Below are positions 52,905-64,000 of a stretch of 64,000 nucleotides of DNA, piece by piece. Position 1 is the stretch's first letter, and each line of letters opens with the position of its first letter. Position numbers and translations under genes: made by a program. Under the pieces are notes generated by a model. That model saw nothing but the letters and a program-made list of their open reading frames with translations. It ran no database searches and was not told the origin of the DNA. The stretch is from positions 83,544 to 147,543 of the forward strand of contig NMRA01000390.1 of NCBI GenBank assembly GCA_002633005.1, written 5' to 3'. The stretch is from Phoronis australis (lineage: Eukaryota; Animalia; Phoronida).

Positions 52905-53300
52905 TGGTCTCAAGAGACCATTCCTCACCAGATTCAAAGAACATCAGAAGCTAGACAGACCAAACCAAGAGACCGTTCCTCACCAGATTCAAAGAACATC
53001 AGAAACTAGACTGACCAACAGCTGTGGGGGAACACATATTGGCGACTGGGCATTCCATCTCTGTTGCGTCATCCAGGATCCTAGCCAAGGAACAGAACTG
53101 GTTTTCTTGCAAGCTATGAGTCAATAAACATCAGCATTCAGTGCCCCCACTTGAACCGGGACCAAGGCCTCCACTTACCTCCCATGTATTCAAACATTCT
53201 TAATCAGCGAAAGGCCGGAAATCCCTCATTTATTGACAAAGACCTGACAGACCAGGTTGAAACGTCTGCAACCAACCTACCACGTCTGCAAACCTACCAC
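52905..53300 (+). mobile_element. Penelope-like 3' fragment (GIY-YIG C-terminal part) with a hammerhead-like motif
   Basis: KRPFLTRFKEHQK (internally duplicated) then TAVGEHI; UUGACAA-A-GACCUG acagac CAGGUU-GAAA-CG-UC at 53233-53266. Confidence 0.65.
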
Positions 53301-53916
53301 GTCTGCAAATCTAACCTATCACGCCTCTAAGTAAGTGATCATCTTATACTGCAATGGAGAATTTTTGCGCAATTAATTTTTGAAATTCATGTTTAGATAT
53401 CTGTAAAACTGATGGATAACTGTTCTTGTTTATAAGAAGATCTGGTTTAAGAAAAGAGGTTGTAAAAGTGATGACAATTTATTGTTTAGTTTATGATCTT
53501 AAGTGATGGTGTGGTAGTTTACACCAGCTTTACTTTATATCAGTAAGAATGTATAAGTGACAACATATATCAATAGTCTATTTCAGTTAATGACTATGAA
53601 GCAGATTATAATAGTGGCAGTACCCAGGTGGTTAGAGTCATGACATAATGCTTTTGATTTAAAAATCTTGAGGGACTCTGACATGTATGCTATGAGTGTT
53701 TTTCTCAAAAGAAATGTGTGTGTTGTGAAAATTAGTTGCATACTGAGTAAGCCACTGAATGATCTCAGTGCTTAATATGCTTAAAGGGGTTTTGATTAAA
53801 GAACAATATTTTACTTGGTTAGACTGATACATACCAAGGGAACTTGTGCCATACGATAAAATTTTATTGTTTGATATGTTTGACTGTACTTCAGGAGCAA
53901 GTTTTTGGTTATACAG

Positions 53917-54114
53917 AATTTGTTAAATGCACGACACTTTTCATTGTTCACAATCTTTATTCCGTTGCGTTCATACTTTCGGAACAAAACTCTACTCTCA
54001 ACTGAACATAGATACAGTAACTGACCTAGTGGAGAGTAGAGTTTTGTTCCGAAAGTATGAACGCAACGGAATAAAGATTGTGAACAATGAAAAGTGTCGT
54101 GCATTTAACAAATT
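53917..54114. repeat. perfect 83-bp inverted repeat with a 32-nt spacer
   Basis: 53917-53999 is the exact reverse complement of 54032-54114. Confidence 0.95.
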
Positions 54115-57100
54115 TTGATATGTTTAGGAAAAAATACATGGTGTAAGAGACCATGAAACGTTACAATTTTGTCTTTAGCAACTAACATCAATGTACAGCA
54201 CAGGATCACTTTTACATAAACATTTAAAATGTTATAGATTTTGCATTTCCTATACATAGTTACGGTTAAGAATGCATGCCTACATGATGTTCTCTGCACA
54301 ATTGTTGCTTTGATAACACTATCACTGATGGTATCACTCTATCAAAAATTATAGGGCAATTTTGACAGTGAAGTCTGATCCATGAAAATCTTAATTTAAT
54401 GATGTGAATTTCAGACTCTGCCCCAATTTTTTGTACTTCAGGTTGACCTAAGAGGGCTGCTAGGTTCCCTGTTAATTACAGGTTGTCGTGTCTTTTGGGA
54501 GGCATTTTTTATTTCTTATTTAGAGCATCTGAGTTGAATAAATGTATGTTTTAGATTACTTTTTGGCATCTTTCCCAGATTTCCGTAAAACTTCCAGGCT
54601 CAGATTTGGAAATTCTGGGTATTCAAAAAGGCATAATAACTTGGTGCTGTGAAACCTGTTGTGATACGGATACATATAATTGAAAGTAGTTTTCGTCTGC
54701 ATTAAACTCACCATTCTAACACAATGTGTCCTTCGCCGATTACCACAATTGCCACGTTGGAAGCTAATTCTTTGTTTTGAAAGCGTTTCAGACCGTCACT
54801 TGCTGATGTCAGAGCCTGGAGGTGAGCATACACTACTTGATAATTTCCTTTTAATTATATCACTAATCGGAACAGAACTACAAAACGTCACCATTAGTTT
54901 CTTCGTCATCAATGTTGTGAAAGTGCTTCCGGCTATTACACCCCTAATGTCTCCTGAAAAAATTGTTATTGTTCTGGCATTGTAATTAGTACACAGTCAA
55001 GTACGGGGCTAATAAGCAAACAAATTGCAGTTCAGTGTGGGAATGTCAATAGCGCAGTTAGTTGACCTGTCAATTGTACTTCTTCTGCTCAAAATGTTAT
55101 TTCATTTTAATCGCACAGTGAACACTTTATGTTCACTTAGTGATGACGAAACCGTTTCAATGATGTTTTTCATTTTGAAATTGCTTCAATTAGTACTAGT
55201 TCCCCCAATATCGTCCGCACTTATATGTCGCTATTCTACTCGGGGATTCCATCGAAAGGGCATTGTCCAAGTATGCCAAGACAAGACAAGGGAGATAAGT
55301 CTGTAGTTTGATACATAAATGAGTCGACAAATACGGACTTTGTCGATTACTTAGATTATAATTACCATTTTTAAAAATACTATCCTAATTATTACAAAAG
55401 TCTTTCAAATTACAACAATAACAAGCCGTTTTCTGTGGTTTATTTGGCGCCGATACGAACCGATATGATCTCGCGTGATCCAGCCTCATCACCCGTTTTT
55501 CGCGGTATTTTGTAAAAGTGATGTGCCATATGTGAAAGACTAGTCGCCAACCGACTAGAGTGACGTCTTTCGTGAAAATGTAGAAAAATGGGTAAACAAG
55601 CAATAAACTGAAAAGTCAAGTTGTGTATTTAATGAGACCTTTAGAAAACTGACAATACATAAGCTCAGTAATTTCATTCATCTCCAAGACTGGTTGGTGA
55701 CGGAGATACAGCACTGCAGCTGCAAATAGAGTTTCATAAGCCTATAATGTCACATTTCACAGGAAAGATAGTGCTTTCAGTTGAATTGAAATCAAAAAAC
55801 GATCAACAACAATATCAAACAATAACAATAATAGTAACAAGAGCAATTGCGTACCCTTGATAAGTGCCCACAGTGTGCACATATACTTATAGGGATGATC
55901 ATTATTACTTGGCGAAATAAAATTTCGCTGACACCAAGATTTTAAATTTTTGTTGCACGATACAGGTTGCAATTTTCATCCGATCAGCACGAAATTTACA
56001 AACAGCCTGTAGTTCCTGAAGTACTGGAAGCCTATTGTTTTCGTCATGATTGGATCCACGATGGTAGATGTGGAGGCCATTTTGTTTTCGATTTCAGATT
56101 CAAATGCAAAAGTAGGTCAAATGGTCGTAAACAACGGTAGTTAGCTAGGAACGGTACGTTTTTAATGATAATTAAGTTAATTACGCACTGCAAAATCAGT
56201 TGACACTGAGATTGAATGTTGAAATAGCGAACATATTTAAGGCTTGTATAGGTTATGTGTACCGAAAATAAGCTTTTACCGAATAATCAAGCAAAGACTA
56301 AGATTTTCACTTGTCCCAGTTTAATCAACTTTTTCTCAGCTTCAGCAAATCGACTTCGTTTGAACTTAGGAACATGAGTTCTTGAAAACGGCTTGGTGAT
56401 TTCGCTGAAACTTTCCAAATTTAACATTTAGTCATCAGTCTCAAAAACGCTGTTAGGATTTTTGATAAGGCTAATTTTTTGCGTAATGTAACAAATACGA
56501 CTTCCGATTTTTACAAAGACACCTTATGTTTTGCGAGTTGATTTGTCATAGAAACCAAACAAAAAGACTAATCGAAAATTCCTAACAGCATTTTTGAGGT
56601 AACTGGTGAAGTTTTCATTTAAAAAATTTTCGTTAAAATCGACTGAGGGGTTATTTTGCTATGAATGTACCTTTATTAAAAATAAAATTTTGACTTAAAA
56701 AGGGTTTTTACAAAAAATAATAATGGTACATTAACACAAAAAGTATTTTCATATTCCCTGATCTTATTTCTTTTAGAAAATATATACTTCTATTAGTTGA
56801 CAAAGCTGTTTTTTTAACATACGAGTTAGAATAGAGGCCACTAAATAAGGTTGGAGATAACCTTAAGGCACATGTTTCTAGAAGACAAAAAATAAAATAG
56901 TCACTAGGTCGAGCAGCATTAACAGATTTCTCCAAACATTGAGGGCTGCTTTCCCAACCCCAGTACAAACATACAACATGAAAGCCCTTTCAAAACTCTA
57001 TCTAACCTGGCAGTTTTGCAACATTCCATAAATTTTTCGAAAAAATTTAATTTTTTTTTGAAATTCAAAGTCAAATCCAGTGCGATCTAGAATCGCTTAC

Positions 57101-57630
57101 AGATGCCGAGATTATACAACAGCAGGAGAGATGGGCAACAAAGAGCCTCATAGAGCGAGGATGGCAATTCGGAGATACAGCGAAAACTCGTATCAGGGGA
57201 AAAGATCGAAGAGTATGTAACCAGCACGAACTTGGTTGCATCTCCAAATTTACATTGCGTGCGATACTGAAAGGAGGAGGGCCAGAGACTATCCCGGTGC
57301 CTACCCTCTGACATCACCACAGAAACAGAAACAAAGTCAAATAACTCGAAAACAGTAAGTCTGTGAGAAAAACGTTATCGCAGAACTTTTGAAATAGCTT
57401 ACTTCAAGGAATCCACATGCAAAAATTCATGTCATTTGCTCTTCCCGTTTAAAACGAGACACCAGAACGATCGAAAATGGATATAATGCACCACAGCTGC
57501 CATCTTGAACGAGACTTCCGCCAAGGAGTGTAGTAGTATAGGAGAGTTCACTTGTGAGTTCGCTGTTACCGCTACTACTAGCGCCGCCAAGTGGTGAACA
57601 AGCAACTGTCAACGAGGAAGCGCCAAAACA

Positions 57631-57728
57631 ATGGGGAAGGACAAATTTTGCAGTGCGATAACTTTCATGAATTCATCCAGGAAAACCCCAGACGTGTCAT
57701 TTTTTAGGTTTCCTAAGGATCCAGAAAG
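57631..57728 (+). mobile_element. THAP-domain first exon, likely of a transposase (Kolobok/P/hAT type), in an element starting at about 56867
   Basis: ATG...MGKDKFCSAITFMNSSRKTPDVSFFRFPKDPER then a gtaagg donor; typical THAP N-terminus with the second Cys replaced. Confidence 0.7.
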
Positions 57729-58371
57729 GTAAGGATTATCTATTATTCAATAAAATGATACATTGGCTTTCATTTTGTGTGTTCTGTTCACGGTTGTTAG
57801 ACAAGTCGATCACAGTCCCGTTGCCACTTTTCAGTAGTTTTCTGTTGTCTGCAGTGTAGGCTAGGCCTACTGTACAACCGGGCTGCCGGCGGAAGGACTA
57901 TGATGAATGTACGATGTGATTGTCAGCCTTTTGGATACTTGCAGTCCATCAATTCTAAATCAAAATGTCACCCGTATGATCGCAGGGACAATTTTAGGAA
58001 AACATACCCATGCCCATGGCCATGAGTAATATGACTAGTGACACAGCCACGACACAATCACAGCCACAGGGCCACTAAGTCTGTCATGAGTCAAGTTAGC
58101 AAATCTGTGGGTCTCGGTGAAAAGGTGAAAAATCCGAACATAATTTTAATGTGCCAGTTGGACCAATTAAGTTAAGCAGTGCGTCATCGAAAACTTAATT
58201 CTATGTGTCAATGATGCGGAGGCGCGGCCCTGTTAAAATATCCGTGGATCAACATTTGAGTCCGAGTTTTTTTCAGTTGACACCAAAACGCTTTTGTCTC
58301 TATCACAATCACAGTACGACAGGAATTCTGTAGTGTAGTGTACTTTAGTGTAGGCTACCAGTCTTCTGTGA

Positions 58372-59014
58372 NNNNNNNNNNNNNNNNNNNNNNNNNNNNN
58401 NNNNNNNNNNNNNNNNNNNNNNNNNNNNNNNNNNNNNNNNNNNNNNNNNNNNNNNNNNNNNNNNNNNNNNNNNNNNNNNNNNNNNNNNNNNNNNNNNNNN
58501 NNNNNNNNNNNNNNNNNNNNNNNNNNNNNNNNNNNNNNNNNNNNNNNNNNNNNNNNNNNNNNNNNNNNNNNNNNNNNNNNNNNNNNNNNNNNNNNNNNNN
58601 NNNNNNNNNNNNNNNNNNNNNNNNNNNNNNNNNNNNNNNNNNNNNNNNNNNNNNNNNNNNNNNNNNNNNNNNNNNNNNNNNNNNNNNNNNNNNNNNNNNN
58701 NNNNNNNNNNNNNNNNNNNNNNNNNNNNNNNNNNNNNNNNNNNNNNNNNNNNNNNNNNNNNNNNNNNNNNNNNNNNNNNNNNNNNNNNNNNNNNNNNNNN
58801 NNNNNNNNNNNNNNNNNNNNNNNNNNNNNNNNNNNNNNNNNNNNNNNNNNNNNNNNNNNNNNNNNNNNNNNNNNNNNNNNNNNNNNNNNNNNNNNNNNNN
58901 NNNNNNNNNNNNNNNNNNNNNNNNNNNNNNNNNNNNNNNNNNNNNNNNNNNNNNNNNNNNNNNNNNNNNNNNNNNNNNNNNNNNNNNNNNNNNNNNNNNN
59001 NNNNNNNNNNNNNN
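58372..59014. other. assembly gap
   Basis: run of Ns. Confidence 1.
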
Positions 59015-60254
59015 ATTGCCTTGCTTTCTTCTTCTCACTTGTGTAACACCCACTGCACAAAACAATTGTCTGCATTGCCAGTAGCCTCATGCATTGAATA
59101 GGGAACACATGCGAAATTGTTGGGTGGAGATGAAACCAGCAGTGAGCTGGGAGCAACATGTTTGTCAATGGTCAGGGGAGCAACCAAAATGTGTGACTAT
59201 GGGAGGGGCTCAACACCCATGTGGCATACATACCCATTGGTTTTTACCTGTTTAGCACTCCTCCCATATAACCCCCCCTGGGAGGGGGTCAACACCCATT
59301 TGGCGCCCACCTGCCGGTTTTTGCCTGGTACCCCTTTAGCTGGCACCTGGGGGGAATTCCCCTCTGAACCCCCAGGAGCAATCATTCAAATTATGTAGTC
59401 CATGGAGGTATGAACTGTTATAAGGAACGATAATTGCCTTGTTAAGAACTCAAACATGAAACAAAACCATGATGGATTTTGAAGGGGAGCTTCAAGAGAA
59501 TAAAAACAAATACACTTTAATATTGATTAAAGTACACATTTTCTTTCTCATTCTATTGTAAGTGGATGTTAGTTTATGTATTCTAACCATTTTCAATCAC
59601 ACAGTAATTTTATTGCACGTTGAATGTCATTAAAGTACGAATTTATGAGCGTGTACATTGTTCGGACTGCGCGCCAAACTAAGTGATTATTCACCGCTTG
59701 GAGCGCTAGTGTTTCGACCAGTAACCATTGCGGCAAATGGTAAAATGGCAGAGTGAACTCTCCTATACTCGTACACTCCTTGCTTCCGCTTAAATAAAAT
59801 TTTATAGTAGCCGGTTAAAAGCAAGGAATACGTGACGAGTTTGAAAATGATTGGTTCGCCAATTGCACCCTCTACAGGAGAAAACGTTTTCAGCTAGATA
59901 TGGAGGTGCGCATATGCCATTGCCGATATTTCTGCCATCTTTACTCAGAAGTTAATGATTTTTTGCACAGTTTTAGTACTTGTTGGCTATAATAACGTAC
60001 CGATTTTCAGCTCTGTACATCCAAAAATGCGGCCTCCATGAGCATTTGAAACTGAAACCGGAAACCAAATGGCCGCCACGTCCGCCATTTCGAATCCAAT
60101 CATGACCAAAAACAATAGGCTTCCATGACTTCCGGATCTACACGTCATGTGCGAATTTCGTCACGAAATTCTGCAAGTGAAATGCCTTCTTGGAGAAGCA
60201 CAGATGTCTCACGGACCATCATGATTTTGCATCGCATCTAAACAGAAGTGTGTG

Positions 60255-63200
60255 TGAAGGAGGGAAGACTGAGGCAGTTCGTAAAACACTTTTGATTTAT
60301 TGAAACATTGTGAGAACACTGAAAGCAAGTAAAAACTACAGAACGTTATAAATTATGACGAAAGGAAAGCTGGAACAAACTGATTGGAAGAATATTAGAA
60401 ATGTAAGAAGAAAATCAGGGAAAACATAATGGTAAATCTTATCGCAAAGTGAACGTGAAAACAATGTTAATGTCACGATATCCTCCCCAGGACAAACGAT
60501 TAATTCCAAACGCATCTACAGATAGTTCATGCTAGTGAAGATTCCAGGGGATATAACTTTGTAATGGGTTTGTTGGTTAGATCGGATTTTGTGCGCAGTG
60601 ATACAGATCGAATAGTATTGTCACGTTCAACGTTTAACTCACCAACCTTTCCTAGTTGCCAAAGTATTCTTGGTAAATTGTCATTATGTATTAAAACAAT
60701 GTCTCCAATCTGTATCGAAGTTAAGGATTCCGTTTTCATCTGACTGTTTGAAATTTCCCTTAGTGACGTCAGATACTTGTGTTTCCACCACTGCACAAAT
60801 GTGCTAATCAAATGAGAACATTTGTTGTACATGGCTTCGAACGCTGTTTGGTGGAAGTCAGGATCGAAGAGTTCATCTTCTTAAACATGCCGAAACGGTA
60901 AATTTCCAATAGCATGACCATAGATGAGTTGGTTTGGAGTGAGTCGATCTGCGTCAGAAATGTCACGGGACAAAATGTCAGTGGGCGGCTGTTGGGCATC
61001 ACGAATAATCAGGTCGGTGAAACGATGTTTAGATGGTAACAATATTGGAAACTTTGTTCCGATTGGAAGATCCGTGTTATGTATACGTCCTGCTGTGCGA
61101 ATCAGACCACCTCTGACAAACAGTCATAACTGACAAAGCAGTGGCGATCTATGACGTCTTCCGTTCATGAGCTGTACTAATTCAACCATTGGGTTTCTGC
61201 AAGAGTGATTTCTGAGGCTGTTAAATTGACCGATGGGCATGGTTTGTTGCTTAACATGGGAAATGAAACGATTAACATAGGCTGTGACGCAGTATAAACG
61301 CTTTATTGACGTGAAATCTGTAATGTCCATCACTTTGTGTATTCCAAAATCTTCGTTGTCTTGGTTAGGCGCGTCCTCGTTCATCAATAGCTAAAACTTC
61401 TACTTGTGGTAGTGAGTTATGAGAATTCCATGACTGAGATGGCCAATCTTCAGATCGTATCCAGTCTGGTCCATGCTACCACAGGGACGAATTTTCAAGT
61501 GCGGCAAACTGTGCACCTCGCGTCGATAAATATGCGGGATTGTCTTGTGTTGGACAATACAACCAGTTTTCCAGCAGCGTTTTGTCATTTATTTCGTTGA
61601 CGTGAATTCTGATGAAAACTGGCAATGTTTTGCGACTGTGTAGCCAGTGTAAAATGACTTGACTGTCAGACCACATGAAAACTTTGTCTATGACGACATG
61701 TGAAAACGCATTTTCGACAAACCTCTTTAGTCGGGATCCAAGTACACCAGCCAACAGTTCCAACTCTGGAAGAGTGTGACGGGATTTCAAAGGTGCTGCT
61801 CTGCACTTTGACATCACAGTGGAGGTAAACACTTGCTCCATAAGCCATGTCACTAGCATCGCAAAATACATGCAATGTTAAGTTGTTGACAGATGAAAAC
61901 CCAGTGAAGTATTGTCTGGGAAGTGTAAAAGTTGAACAGAACTTCAAGTCCGCAAGTACCTCTTTCCATTGGCTATGTAAATCTGACTTTAGAAGTTCAT
62001 CCCAGTCGCATTCCAAAGACCATAACTTTTGAATAAATAACTTGGCACGTACTGACACTGGATTTACTAATCCAAGAGGATCAAAAAGTTTAGCAGCAGA
62101 ACTTACAATTTCTCTTTTGGTGGCATTCCGTGCGTTGTACTCGCGTGGATCATGGTTGACTAAGTTGACTTATCAAGAACTGGGTTCCAGTTTATTCCAA
62201 GAATTTTGACTTTTGATGATGTGTCGTCAACATCAAGTTCAGATGCGCATTGCCTAACCGTAACATCACTCGAACTCCATGATCGTAAATTGAAGCCCGC
62301 CTCCATCATAATGTCCCTTGAGTTGTGAAAGAAATTCTGTGCAGTGGTTATATTTTTGCAACTCATAAGAACGTTGTCCACATAGCAATCTCTGGAAAAA
62401 GTACTGGTTATCTCACAGGAGTATGACCTTAAGTGATGCTTGATTGTGGCGTTCAAAAGGAATGGAGGTTTACATACAGCTCCAAACAGTACTGTGCTGA
62501 AGCGATAAACGATAAAGTCACTCTCAAGGTTGTTGTGATCTGACAGCCATAGAAACTTCAGATAGTCTCGATCAGACTCGTAAACTTGCACTTGATGAAA
62601 AGCTTTCTCAATATCCGTTCCAATTTTGTGTAAACGAATGCGGAGTAAGGATCTCGCACAAATCATCAATCATTGGTGGACCAACTTTCAAACAGCCATT
62701 CAGGGATGTGTTGTTTGAATTAGCCTTGCAACTACAGTCATACACTGTCTTAATGGGTGTCGTTTTAGAGTCTGGCTTGTACACGGGTCTGTGTGGGATG
62801 AAGTGACCACTTGAGATGGGCGAATCGGCAAACTCAATAATACCATCGCATAATTGCTTTTCAATGATCTTTTGATAGCGATCACGAGTGTCGGAGTCGA
62901 GTCTTCTGACCATGGCACGTGTGCAGGAAAGAGCTACACTATAGTTTGTCGGTAAGTGTGGATGGTCAGTCTTCCAAGGCAGTCTCGCAACATATATGCA
63001 GGTATCTGCCTCATGGATAATGGTGTTGTAAAATGAATGTAGATCGTTTTGATTACTTTCAGTAGACTTTACTTCTGTCTTGTCATGTTTTATGCCGATG
63101 TGCTCTAAATCCCAGTAACGTTCCAGGTCCAGCGGGTCCGTAACAGCCAAGTGCTGTACACAGGTAGTGGACTGACTGCCGGGATCACTTTGGTACAGTG

Positions 63201-63800
63201 AACCCGAAACCAGATATCCCAACTTGGATTTGACGGCCGTAGGTCCATTGCCACGAATGACTAAGTCTTGAACAAAGTCCCTCTATCTATCTGCACCCAT
63301 TAAAATGTCTACCATAAAGTGACCATCTTGGTTAGGGGAATGAGCCAGACGTAGACCCTTAAGATGTCCACAGGCACCAACGGTATCCAATTTAATGTGA
63401 AGGGGACCGGCAACACGAGCAACAACTAATACCTCCAATGGGATAGTGGTGCCATCGAATGTAGTCACAAATACGCGGCATATGTCAAATGTGTTCGATG
63501 ATCTGTGTTCCGCACCAACTGTGGTGATGCTTAGGTTTTCCTGTCAAACTGAGGTGTAACTTTGAGGCGAGTGATGAATTTATAAACGATCGTTGAGCAC
63601 CCTCGTCGAAAAGAATGTTCGCTGTGTGTGTCATCTGGCTACCGTCACTGACTGGCGCAGTGGCTGTTTTGAGTAAAACCGAGTTCGCAGAGGAGACATG
63701 CATCGTCATTGAGGTATTGTTTGCTTGAATGGCAGGGTTTGTCCTTGACGGTTGCGGGTTTTCTGATAGGTCACTCTGAGGTGGATGCAAATTGCACTGT
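60255..63800 (-). mobile_element. degenerate BEL/Pao LTR retrotransposon (protease-RT-RNase H, integrase core deleted, 3' LTR)
   Basis: Motifs ILFDEGAQRSFI, DIEKAFHQV, CYVDN, LHVFCDASDMAYGA, LPELELL, WSDSQ and QIGDIVLI...PR..WQLG. PPT GGGGAGGA at 60481-60488, then a ~226-bp LTR (60255-60480) containing AATAAA and ending in CA. Confidence 0.92.
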
Positions 63801-64000
63801 TTTTAGGACCGGGAAAAACTGGCGAAAACATCCTACACCCAGAGGACCAAACAGAAGCCTGACAAACAAGTAAGTCACCAAACAGTTTATACCATATAAA
63901 ACGGTATGTTTTCATGGCCAATTACAATTCTCCATAATCAAAAAGTTCAACAGCTGAACCACGTTTCTTTGTCTCCTGCCTGCCGAACACAAACACACAG

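Noticed and set aside
58233-59168. Long ORFs of 236-311 aa
   Set aside because: They are artefacts of reading through the N gap.
47698-64000. First coding exon or promoter of PDE9
   Set aside because: I could not identify a convincing ATG-bearing phase-1 exon; it may be in the gap or beyond the window.

Overview
Eukaryotic (invertebrate-type, AT-rich, repeat-laden) genomic window, not prokaryotic. The dominant feature is a multi-exon PDE9-family cyclic-nucleotide phosphodiesterase gene on the minus strand. I traced it by hand from an internal exon at 47548-47697 to the stop at 5403: 12 phase-consistent GT-AG exon positions, about 490 codons. The first exon(s) were not found, and there is a probable poly(A) signal at 3105-3110. 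The most notable observation is a tandem pair of 105-bp catalytic-domain exons (19029-19133 and 18362-18466). They are 80% identical in protein but heavily diverged at synonymous sites, so they are candidate ancient mutually exclusive exons that swap the segment carrying a metal-binding Asp and part of the substrate pocket. Introns and the upstream region hold decayed mobile elements: Penelope-like elements with minimal hammerhead ribozymes, a Crypton-type tyrosine recombinase relic, a BEL/Pao LTR element, a LINE 3' end, Kolobok-like TTAA elements (one with a THAP exon) and CAGGG...CCCTG elements with 5-bp TSDs. There are also many minisatellites, a perfect 83-bp inverted repeat and a probable haplotype-overlap assembly artefact.
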